Below, piece after piece: positions 49,120-57,553 of a stretch of 64,000 nucleotides of DNA. The notes under the pieces are model-generated. The model was not told the DNA's origin. It searched no databases and was given only the letters and a program-made list of their open reading frames with translations. Location of the stretch: contig CAUWIH010000001.1 of assembly GCA_963558795.1 (NCBI GenBank), positions 3,546 to 67,545 on the forward strand, given 5' to 3'. Source of the DNA: an uncultured Megamonas sp. GTDB taxonomy: Bacteria > Bacillota > Negativicutes > Selenomonadales > Selenomonadaceae. A program made the position numbers and the translations under genes. Within the stretch, counting starts at the first letter, position 1, and every line of letters begins with the position of its first letter.

Positions 49120-49935
49120 TTAACCTCTAGTTTTTCCACCAGCTACATTGAATGTAACACCATGAACATAAGAAGCACGATGGCTACTTAAAAACATTAC
49201 CATATCAGCAACTTCGGAAAGTTTACCATCACGACCAAGTGGTGTGGTTTTTGTACTTGTATAATCGGCACGAAGTTGTTCAACTGTTATACCACGAGTA
49301 TACGATAAAGCTTCTTCATAATTTAATGTGCGAAGACCAGTAGCTTCTAAAATACCAGGGGCAACGCCGACAACACGCACATTATATTTTCCTAATTCTT
49401 TTGCCCAAGAACGAGTGAAAGAATTTACAGCGTTTTTAGTTGCAGCATAAATACTTTGTCCTTCAGAGCCTTCAAGACCACTTTCAGAAGACATGTTGAT
49501 GATAACACCTTTGCCATTTTGAACAAATTCATGACCTAAAGCTTGAGCACAAAGATATACACCTTTGATATTTACTGCAGAAACTTTATCAAATACAGCA
49601 TCATCTAATTCATATTTACCATACGGATCATTTTTATCAACTAAAAGACGAGGAATATTAATACCAGCATTATTTACTAAAATGTCTAATTTACCAAATT
49701 TAGCTTTAGCGGCATTGACCATATTTTTTACGCTTTCGGATTTAGTTACATCAGTAATTACATAAAGAAATTCTCCACTACCTTCATGTAAATCATATTC
49801 TGGAGTTTGTGGATTCATATCACAAACTACTACATTTGCACCATTATCCAAGAATGCTTGAACTACAGCTTTACCAATACCTGATGCACCACCAGTAACT
49901 ACAGCTGTTTTACCTTCAAGATCTAACCATGACAT
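49120..49935 (-). CDS. srlD: Sorbitol-6-phosphate 2-dehydrogenase (SDR)
   Basis: TGGASGIG, NNAGINIPRLLVD, SSESGLEGSEGQS.YAATK; last gene of the glucitol PTS operon. Confidence 0.92.
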   Translation of the reverse strand: MSWLDLEGKTAVVTGGASGIGKAVVQAFLDNGANVVVCDMNPQTPEYDLHEGSGEFLYVITDVTKSESVKNMVNAAKAKFGKLDILVNNAGINIPRLLVDKNDPYGKYELDDAVFDKVSAVNIKGVYLCAQALGHEFVQNGKGVIINMSSESGLEGSEGQSIYAATKNAVNSFTRSWAKELGKYNVRVVGVAPGILEATGLRTLNYEEALSYTRGITVEQLRADYTSTKTTPLGRDGKLSEVADMVMFLSSHRASYVHGVTFNVAGGKTRG

Positions 49936-49973
49936 ATAAAATCACTCCAATTAAAATTTTAAAAAAATTATAT

Positions 49974-50342
49974 TTAAGCTTTGAAAATAGCTATTTCTGT
50001 TCCAACTTCTGGAAGTGAAATAGATTTATCTTCAAGATATAAGCTACCTTCTAGAGATTCACCATCTTCGTTACTATTAAAACGTAAGGCGATATGACCT
50101 AAATTAGCAAGATTTTTTTGAACTTCAGAGCCAACGGCTACAATTTTATATTCAATATTATTAATTTGTAAAATATCACCGATTTCAATAGTATCAGTTA
50201 GATTATTACCTTTATGAATTAAACAAAATTCAGCAAGTTCAGCTGGGACATTTTCATTAAAGAGAATAATCATTTTTTCTCCAATGAAATCTTCAGCCAT
50301 AGGACCTAAATTTTTTACAATAGTAGAATAAATTTTTTGCAT
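49974..50342 (-). CDS. srlB: PTS glucitol/sorbitol EIIA
   Basis: IILFNENVP.ELAEFCLIH and NL.NLGH.ALRF motifs. Confidence 0.92.
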   Translation of the reverse strand: MQKIYSTIVKNLGPMAEDFIGEKMIILFNENVPAELAEFCLIHKGNNLTDTIEIGDILQINNIEYKIVAVGSEVQKNLANLGHIALRFNSNEDGESLEGSLYLEDKSISLPEVGTEIAIFKA

Positions 50343-50406
50343 AATATGTTTTCTCCTTAATAAAATCAGTTATTGATAATATAATATTATAAACTATAGT
50401 AAAATA

Positions 50407-51411
50407 TTAGCTTTCATATAAACCAAAGCTAGCAAGCCATGCAAGTACAACGTTGATTGGACCAGTGATGAAACGAGAATATAATACAGATGGAACACCT
50501 ACTTCAACTGTTTGAGGTTCAGCTTCAGCAAGACCAAGACCTACAGGAATAAAGTCACATGCTGCTTGAGCATTAATGGCAAATAAAGCAGGAAGTGCAA
50601 GGCTTGGAGGAATATTACCTTTACCAATTTCAACCCCAATTAATACACCAATAACTTGGGCAATAACAGCACCAGGTCCGAGGAATGGAGATAAAAATGG
50701 GAAAGAGCAAATTAATGCTAGAATAACAAGACCGATAACAGAGCCAGCAAGAGGAGTAAGAACATGAGCAATGATATCACCAATACCACTTGCCAATATG
50801 ACACCAATGAGCATGGATACAAATGCCATAAAAGGTAAAATTGTTTTTATAATAGTATCAATAGTATCACGGCCAGCTTGATATAAAGTAGCAGTGATAT
50901 ATCCCATAAATTTACCAACTTTAGCCATAAAACCTACATCAGTTTGTTCGGTGATTTTTTTGCTAGTATCGTATGTAGATTTTACATTGTCAGGTGTTTT
51001 TTCAGATTCAGCAGGTGCTACATTTGGAGTAGCTGTTGAATTGCTTAATTTAATACAATCTTCTTTTACCGCAGATACATAAATATCTTCTTTTATAAAT
51101 TTAGCCATAGGGCCACTGGCACCTGTTGGATTTAAGTTAATAGTGAAAATACGTTTTTTAGGATAAATTCCGCAACGAAGAGTACCACCGCAATCAATGA
51201 TTACACAAAGAATTTCATCTTCAGGTACGCTAGTTTTGAATCCATCAATGAGTTCACAACCTGTCATTTCAGCAATTTTTTGAGAAACTGGAGAAATAAC
51301 ACCACCTGTGATATTAACTACTTTATTCTTTTTATCATCTGGAACTAAAGTAAGCGGACCGCCGAATCCACCAGCACCAGCATTAACAACAACACTATTA
51401 TATTTAGCCAT
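50407..51411 (-). CDS. srlE: PTS glucitol/sorbitol EIIBC
   Basis: [39 protein letters not shown]. Confidence 0.94.
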   Translation of the reverse strand: MAKYNSVVVNAGAGGFGGPLTLVPDDKKNKVVNITGGVISPVSQKIAEMTGCELIDGFKTSVPEDEILCVIIDCGGTLRCGIYPKKRIFTINLNPTGASGPMAKFIKEDIYVSAVKEDCIKLSNSTATPNVAPAESEKTPDNVKSTYDTSKKITEQTDVGFMAKVGKFMGYITATLYQAGRDTIDTIIKTILPFMAFVSMLIGVILASGIGDIIAHVLTPLAGSVIGLVILALICSFPFLSPFLGPGAVIAQVIGVLIGVEIGKGNIPPSLALPALFAINAQAACDFIPVGLGLAEAEPQTVEVGVPSVLYSRFITGPINVVLAWLASFGLYES

Positions 51412-51442
51412 GATAGATATCTCCTTTTATAGATAAAATAAA

Positions 51443-52000
51443 TTAAGCTTGATGAGTAGTTTTTACTTTATCGCTAAGAACTACGCCTTGTTGTTTAGAA
51501 ACATATGCAGTAGTGAAATCAGTTACTACACCGCCAATAAAGTTGATTAAAATACCGATTAAAAAATAACGAAGAGCCAAATCAACAGTAGAAAATCCAA
51601 GTTGAGTAATACCATTAGCGATACCTAAAAATACGAATAATTCACCAGGATTTACATGAGGAAATAAACCGTTTAAAGTATGACATGAACGAGATGCTGC
51701 TGCATAATAAGATGGTTTATATCTTTCTGGCATAAATTTACCTAAAGATAATGTCATTGGATTACAAAAGAAGAAAGTACCAATAACCGGTAAAATCATG
51801 TAACGAGAAAATATGTTACCAGCACAAAGATGAGCAAATTTTTCTACTTTGTCAGTACCTACAAACAATATAAGCGCATTCATAGCAACCAATAAACAAA
51901 TGAGTGTAGGTACGATGCCAGTAACAAGGCCAATAAATGTTTCACCACCCTTATTAAACATACCAATAAAACCTTGAGCCAATAATACTAAAGTGTCCAT
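51443..52000 (-). CDS. srlA: PTS glucitol/sorbitol EIIC
   Basis: [17 protein letters not shown] and [12 protein letters not shown]. Confidence 0.94.
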   Translation of the reverse strand: MDTLVLLAQGFIGMFNKGGETFIGLVTGIVPTLICLLVAMNALILFVGTDKVEKFAHLCAGNIFSRYMILPVIGTFFFCNPMTLSLGKFMPERYKPSYYAAASRSCHTLNGLFPHVNPGELFVFLGIANGITQLGFSTVDLALRYFLIGILINFIGGVVTDFTTAYVSKQQGVVLSDKVKTTHQA

Positions 52001-52033
52001 AAACTTCTCTCCTTTAATTATAAAATTTTTAAA

Positions 52034-52441
52034 TTATTGTGATGTATTATTCATACATGTGGACGCTTCTTGTTGTTGAGTATATTGCTTATATTCGTCG
52101 ACAGCAGATAAAATGGCCAATTTTGTCTGCTTATCGAAATTAAGACAATCATTTTCGGTAATATCTGGTAAATAAAGACCATTTAAATCATCAAAATTTT
52201 TGAAATTGGCAAAAGTAGTAACGCCTTGTAATTTTTTACCTTTAATGATTTTACAATTTTCGTCTATACATAATAATAATAAGCAGCCTGCTTTAAATCG
52301 TCCTCTGGCTTTGCCAATAGCAACTCGGCCAGATTGTTGAAGCTTTTTTAATTCTTTATTAAATTTTTTTAATTGAAATATATTTAATAAACCTTGAAGA
52401 AGCCACATGACAATACCTAGAACAATAAAAGTCCAAAACAA
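52034..52441 (-). CDS. gutM: Glucitol operon activator GutM/SrlM
   Basis: N-terminal TM W.LQ.LL..FQLK.F, GRVAIG and G.TTFA.F; operon position. Confidence 0.85.
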   Translation of the reverse strand: MFWTFIVLGIVMWLLQGLLNIFQLKKFNKELKKLQQSGRVAIGKARGRFKAGCLLLLCIDENCKIIKGKKLQGVTTFANFKNFDDLNGLYLPDITENDCLNFDKQTKLAILSAVDEYKQYTQQQEASTCMNNTSQ

Positions 52442-52447
52442 AGGGCA

Positions 52448-53419
52448 TCACTCCTTACAGTCATCAAATTTTAATAATTTTTTAGCAGTTGTTTCATCTG
52501 TAATTAAGATATTGATTAATTTTCCTTTTAAAGCACTATAAATAGCAGGGATTTTTTCATCAAAAGCAGCAACACCAATAACATATTTTACATTATGCAA
52601 TTGAGCAAAAGGTATAGCTATAGTTCTATTTACAACTTCAGTAGGAACTTCATTACCATTTTTATCATAAAAGCGAGTACATGTTTCGCCAATAATAGCA
52701 TTACCAAAGGTAGACGTAATATATTCGGATTTTATACCATTAGTCCAAATTACATTGGAAGCAAGTGTTGGAGAACCAATACCCACAAAAGCAATATCTA
52801 AATTATCCCAAAGTTTTTGGATATTTTGATAATTTGTATCATTGATAATAGCTTGTTTCGTAGCAGGGGTTTTAGTGATTGCAGGTGCATATAAATAATG
52901 GCTTCTGGATTTGAAAGCATTGGCAACTTTATAACAAATAGTATTAGCATGAAGTTCAATATTAAGATGTTCTAAATTACCGACTTTTTCAGCACCACCA
53001 ACTAAAGGAACAAAGTCAGCTTCGACTTTAGGAAAATCTTCCAATGCTGCTTGAGCACCAATAGCGCCCATAGTACGTCCCCAGTTAAAACCAATTACCA
53101 TATTGTTTTTTATTAAACGTTTTAACATTAATAAACCGGCTTTACCCAAGTTAGAATAAACTTCATCAGGATTATTACTAGATGGAACAATGAAAACTTC
53201 TTTTAAATTAAATTTTTCTTCCAAAGCGGATTCTAAAGTTTCATAAGAATCTTGAGCGATGAATATTTTTACAATACCAGTGTCTTTGGCACGTTTTAAA
53301 TATTTACTAACAGTACTTCGGTCAATACCTAATTTTTGAGCAATTTCGCTCTGTTTCATATCGGCTTCATAATACATGTGAGATACTTTTACAAGAATTC
53401 TTCGAGATATAGGTTGCAT
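52448..53419 (-). CDS. SorC/DeoR-family sugar-binding transcriptional regulator
   Basis: MYYEADMKQSEIAQKLGIDRSTVSKYL HTH, WGRTM, GIGS, L.TDE.TA. Confidence 0.9.
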   Translation of the reverse strand: MQPISRRILVKVSHMYYEADMKQSEIAQKLGIDRSTVSKYLKRAKDTGIVKIFIAQDSYETLESALEEKFNLKEVFIVPSSNNPDEVYSNLGKAGLLMLKRLIKNNMVIGFNWGRTMGAIGAQAALEDFPKVEADFVPLVGGAEKVGNLEHLNIELHANTICYKVANAFKSRSHYLYAPAITKTPATKQAIINDTNYQNIQKLWDNLDIAFVGIGSPTLASNVIWTNGIKSEYITSTFGNAIIGETCTRFYDKNGNEVPTEVVNRTIAIPFAQLHNVKYVIGVAAFDEKIPAIYSALKGKLINILITDETTAKKLLKFDDCKE

Positions 53420-53486
53420 GATAAAAACCTCTTTCGTTTTAATAATATTTATTATTTTTATTATAAGATAAAGTAGAGAATCAAGC

Positions 53487-53561
53487 TATCGTCACATATG
53501 TGAAGATATATCTCATTTGTTCCGGCAAACATATAATAACACTAATGAAAAATACTGTCAA
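53487..53561 (-). promoter_or_regulatory. Sorbitol operon promoter and downstream palindromic operator
   Basis: Minus strand TTGACA (53561-53556), N17, TGtTATTAT (-10 at 53538-53533); TATCgTCACATATGTGAaGATA at 53487-53508. Confidence 0.7.
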
Positions 53562-53738
53562 TAAAAAATACAAAAAAACACATTAAATAAAAAATTTTGA
53601 AAATTTTAAAATAATAAAGCATATAATAAAGAAATATGTACGATTAATGCTATTCTTGACATGAAAAAATTGATGTCGTATATTATAATTAATTGTAGTT
53701 TTATTAACTAAAGTGTTAAAGTAAACGGAGTGTTTTTT

Positions 53739-54029
53739 ATGATAAATCCAAAATTAAAAGATTCATTAAATGATCAATTATGTAAAGCGGTATTAAAATT
53801 AGAAACTGTTGATGAATGTTATCAATTTTTTGAAGATATTTGTACAGTAAATGAACTAAAATCTTTAGCGCAACGTTTAGAAGTGGCAAGAATGCTTCGT
53901 GCGGGACATACTTATGAAGAAGTAGTGGAAGGTACAGGGGCTAGTACAGCTACTATTAGTAGAGTAAAACGTTGTTTAAATTATGGTGCTGATGGCTATG
54001 ACACGGTATTAAATCGTTTAGAAGAATAA
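53739..54029 (+). CDS. yerC: YerC/YecD TrpR-like DNA-binding protein
   Basis: ECYQFFEDICT..EL..LAQRL.VA.ML..G.TY..V...TGASTATISRV.RCL.YG. Promoter TTGACA-N17-TATATT at 53656-53684. Confidence 0.9.
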   Translation: MINPKLKDSLNDQLCKAVLKLETVDECYQFFEDICTVNELKSLAQRLEVARMLRAGHTYEEVVEGTGASTATISRVKRCLNYGADGYDTVLNRLEE

Positions 54030-54049
54030 AATAAAGAGACAATGAATTT

Positions 54050-54601
54050 ATGTGGCAAAGAATTATTCAGTTTTGGCGAGCAATTAATGCTAAGATAAAC
54101 TTTGAAGATAAACTTTTTATTGAAAAATATTTAAACGAGCAAGAACAAGATTTATTTTTTGCAATGCGAATATATGACCAAAGACATGTACTGAATGTAG
54201 CATATACTGCTCAAAAAATAATAAAAACAGAGCATATATTAGATATAGATGAAAGATTATTGATAAAAGCTTGTCTTTTACATGATGTAGGAAGAACAGC
54301 TCAAGATATTTGTTTATTTGATAAAATTATGAATGTGCTTTTAGGAAAATTTTTACCTCAAAAAAGTAAACAATGGAGCGAAAAAGCACAAAAATTACAA
54401 AGTGTCTTTCCTAGAAGTTTTTGGCAAAGAAGAAGATTTGCGATGTTTGTTTATTATAATCATGCTCAACTTGGTGCAAAAAAATTAGAAACAATAGGTT
54501 TAGTAGAAATCGCTAATATTATAAAATATCATCATAGTCCTTTTAATGATAATATGAAAAAGGAATTACAGATACTTTGTAGAGCTGATAGTTTAAATTA
54601 A
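54050..54601 (+). CDS. HD-domain metal-dependent phosphohydrolase
   Basis: H..NV, LLHDVG, H...GA, HH and AD motifs. Confidence 0.85.
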   Translation: MWQRIIQFWRAINAKINFEDKLFIEKYLNEQEQDLFFAMRIYDQRHVLNVAYTAQKIIKTEHILDIDERLLIKACLLHDVGRTAQDICLFDKIMNVLLGKFLPQKSKQWSEKAQKLQSVFPRSFWQRRRFAMFVYYNHAQLGAKKLETIGLVEIANIIKYHHSPFNDNMKKELQILCRADSLN

Positions 54602-54638
54602 TAATGTGATATAATATTATTTGAGAGAAAATTAAGAG

Positions 54639-55715
54639 GTGAAAATTTTGGCGAAATTAAAATATAGAGCAGGTTTAAAAGATATGCCTACATATCATGT
54701 AACAAGTAGAGATTGGAATGTAAAAGTAAATGAAAATGAATCTAATTTAAATTTACCACCACTTGTAGAAGAGCGTTTAATGGCGAGATTATCTTATATG
54801 GCATTTAATCGTTATCCTACAGAATCAGTAGAGTTACTAAGAGAACAGATTGCGGATAATTTTCGTTTGAGTAAAGATAATGTATTACTTGCTAATGGTT
54901 CAAATGAAATTTTACAAAAATTGTTTTTTGCTTTTGGTGGTAGAGCTAGAAAAGTAGTTTATCCAAATCCATCATTTTCTTTATATGAAGTACATGCCAA
55001 ATTAAGTGGTTCAACGATTGTTACGGTAGACTTAAAAGATGATTATACTTTTGATTCAGGTCGTTTCGTAGATGCTGTAAAAGAAAATAAAGCTTCTCTT
55101 GCAGTCATTTGCTCTCCGAATAATCCTACAGGTACCAAAATTCCTTTAGGTGATATTGAATATGTAGCGAGAAATATAGATTGTGCATTAGTTATAGATG
55201 AAGCTTATGTGGAATTTTCTGGTGAATCAGCAATGTGCTTTTTACAAAAATATCCACATTTAATGATAACAAGAACCTTTTCCAAAGCATATGGTTTGGC
55301 TAGTGCTAGAATAGGATATTTACTTGCTGATAAAAAGGTCATTGATATGGTAAGTAAAGCTATATTGCCGTACCATGTAAATGCTTTATCTGCTATTAGT
55401 GCAGATGTAGTATATCAATTAAGAGATGAATATATTCCACGTATTCAAATGACAATAGCTGAAAGAAAACGTCTAAGTGAGCAATTAGCTAAAATTTCAG
55501 GTGTAAAAGTATATCCGTCTGTAACAAATTTTGTGCTAATTAATTATAAAAAAGCTAAAGCTTTAAATGAGTATTTAGAAAATATTGGAATAGGTGTATG
55601 CTCTTTTGATGAAAATGCTCGTTTAGAAAATTGTTTACGTATTACAGTAGGTACAAGACAAGAGAATGATATGATTTTTAAAGCTATTGACGATTTTGTT
55701 AAATCACAAAAATAA
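54639..55715 (+). CDS. hisC: Histidinol-phosphate aminotransferase-like PLP enzyme
   Basis: NRYP, NGSNE, PNNPTG, DEAY, RTFSKAYGLASARIGY, LRITVG. Real start may be TTG 54648. Confidence 0.8.
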   Translation: MKILAKLKYRAGLKDMPTYHVTSRDWNVKVNENESNLNLPPLVEERLMARLSYMAFNRYPTESVELLREQIADNFRLSKDNVLLANGSNEILQKLFFAFGGRARKVVYPNPSFSLYEVHAKLSGSTIVTVDLKDDYTFDSGRFVDAVKENKASLAVICSPNNPTGTKIPLGDIEYVARNIDCALVIDEAYVEFSGESAMCFLQKYPHLMITRTFSKAYGLASARIGYLLADKKVIDMVSKAILPYHVNALSAISADVVYQLRDEYIPRIQMTIAERKRLSEQLAKISGVKVYPSVTNFVLINYKKAKALNEYLENIGIGVCSFDENARLENCLRITVGTRQENDMIFKAIDDFVKSQK

Positions 55716-55859
55716 TAAAAGCTAAAAGTAAAAAAAGTAAGCTATAAATTCATAGTTATGTATATTTGGTGCTTTACAAATTAATAAGTATTACAATTAG
55801 TTATTAAATATTTATCAAACTTACTTTAAGCAAGCTGATAGTTTGGGGGTTAGATTAAA

Positions 55860-56561
55860 ATGATAGATATTAATGAAATAAAATTCAACGAAAAAGGTTT
55901 AGTTCCAGTTATTGTACAAGAAGTTAACGGTGAAGTATTAATGCTCGATTATATGAATAAAGAGGCTTTACAAAAAACGATAGATACTGGAAATACTTGG
56001 TTTTATGATTGCTTGCGTAATAAGCTTTGGCAAAAAGGAACAATTTCAGGTAATAAACAAATAATTAGTGAAATTTTTTATGATTGTGATAAAAATGCTT
56101 TATTAGTAAAAGTACATCAAAATGGCGTAGCTTGTAAAACAGGAACATATAGTTGTTTTACTAATCGTAGATTATTCCCAGATGAAAAAGATTTAATTCC
56201 AGTGGCACAAGGTCAAGATAATACAGCTATTGCAAAAATATTGAACGAATTATATCAAAGAATCAAAGATTGTCAAATTCATCAAGTAAAAGGTTCGTAT
56301 ACTTATAATTTATTTAGTGAAGGACAAGACTCTGTTTTAGCTAAATTGGGAATGCAAGCGACAAAATCTGTAGTTGCCTCTAAAAATTTGGATAGAGATG
56401 AAATCCTTAGTGAAATGGGTGATTTGTGGTATCATTGTTTGATATTACTTGCATATCATAATATTACTCCTGAAGAATTACTTGCTGAACTTATGCAACA
56501 ACGACATGGTGGGAAATATCACGATTTAGATAAGCATGAATTAAAAAAATACATGGATTAA
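55860..56561 (+). CDS. hisIE: HisIE-like fusion with degenerate catalytic motifs (probable pseudoenzyme)
   Basis: Fold-level match (GLVP.IVQ, YMNKEAL, W.KG..SG, DCD, C.TG..SCF, GSYT, DL.YH) but SRSR, DxDxD, CHTG and GEEAxE are altered. Confidence 0.75.
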   Translation: MIDINEIKFNEKGLVPVIVQEVNGEVLMLDYMNKEALQKTIDTGNTWFYDCLRNKLWQKGTISGNKQIISEIFYDCDKNALLVKVHQNGVACKTGTYSCFTNRRLFPDEKDLIPVAQGQDNTAIAKILNELYQRIKDCQIHQVKGSYTYNLFSEGQDSVLAKLGMQATKSVVASKNLDRDEILSEMGDLWYHCLILLAYHNITPEELLAELMQQRHGGKYHDLDKHELKKYMD

Positions 56562-56605
56562 AATTTAGATTAAAAAGATAAATAAGTAAATAAGGTGGAT
56601 TAGTA

Positions 56606-57328
56606 ATGAGTAATGCAAGAATAGAATATATGAAAGAATCTGCATGGAAACGTGGCATGGGTAAAAAAGTGGAAAAAATACCACCTTTTGAATTACCATA
56701 TGCCAAAGATGCAGTATTGGTAGACCTTGTAGAACCAGATATTTTACCAGATAAAAATATAAATTTTTTGGAAATGGTAGAAGTTCGTTCTACAATTCGT
56801 CAATATGATGATGAGAAAGAATTAACTAATAAAGAATTATCATATTTACTTTGGTGTACTCAAGGTCTAAAAATGGTCATGCAGACAAAAACTATTCGTA
56901 ATGTACCATCAGCTGGCGGAAGAAATGCTTTAGAAACTTTCTTATATATTCGTCGTGTTGAAGGCATTAAACCGGGGTTATATCGCTTTTTACCATTAGA
57001 ACATAAGTTATTATTAGTATCTGATGCAGATGATATTGAAGAAAAAATTTGTGGTCAATTTTCTACAATTGGTGTTGCAAATAATTCTGCAGTAGTATTT
57101 TTATGGACTGCTGTATATGAAAGAATGGCTTGTATGTTTGGTGAACGTGCATATCGTTATATTTATTTAGATGCAGGTCATGTTTGTCAGAATTTATATT
57201 TAGCAGCACAGACAATGCATATAAAAGTATGTGCATTAGGTGCTTTTGATGATGAAATTTTAAATCAAAATCTTGGTTTTGATGGAGAAAATCAATTTGT
57301 TGTTTATGGTGCAGGTGTAGGAAAATAG
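56606..57328 (+). CDS. SagB/ThcOx-like nitroreductase-family oxidoreductase
   Basis: R.TIRQY, LS.LLW.TQG, R.VPSAGGR..LE, RAYRY..LDAGH..QNLYL, GAFDD. Confidence 0.85.
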   Translation: MSNARIEYMKESAWKRGMGKKVEKIPPFELPYAKDAVLVDLVEPDILPDKNINFLEMVEVRSTIRQYDDEKELTNKELSYLLWCTQGLKMVMQTKTIRNVPSAGGRNALETFLYIRRVEGIKPGLYRFLPLEHKLLLVSDADDIEEKICGQFSTIGVANNSAVVFLWTAVYERMACMFGERAYRYIYLDAGHVCQNLYLAAQTMHIKVCALGAFDDEILNQNLGFDGENQFVVYGAGVGK

Positions 57329-57341
57329 AATAAGCTAGAGT

Positions 57342-57393
57342 AAAAGAACTCAATTAAGTGATACTTATGAGTGTTACTTAATTGAGTTCTTTT
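57342..57393 (+). terminator. Intrinsic terminator
   Basis: AAAAGAACTCAATTAAGT...ACTTAATTGAGTTCTTTT, 18-bp inverted repeat. Confidence 0.8.
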
Positions 57394-57409
57394 TGTATAT
57401 AATTTAAAT

Positions 57410-57488
57410 TTTCCGCATAAAAATATAATGAGGAAATTTTTATAATATTTAAAATAAAATACAAAAATATTTCCGCATGTTGCGGAAA
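57410..57488. promoter_or_regulatory. LicR/MtlR-type PRD regulator binding sites
   Basis: TTTCCGCA-tgt-TGCGGAAA (57470-57488) and TTTCCGCA-N11-TGAGGAAA (57410-57436). Confidence 0.6.
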
Positions 57489-57553
57489 ACAATCAATCTA
57501 TGATGGATTGCTAATTTTTGATACAATTTAATCAAGTTAAGGGAGTATTGAAA

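Noticed and set aside
56606-57328. SagB-like gene as part of a thiazole/oxazole RiPP cluster
   Set aside because: No YcaO cyclodehydratase, precursor peptide or exporter nearby; stand-alone nitroreductase-family genes are common.
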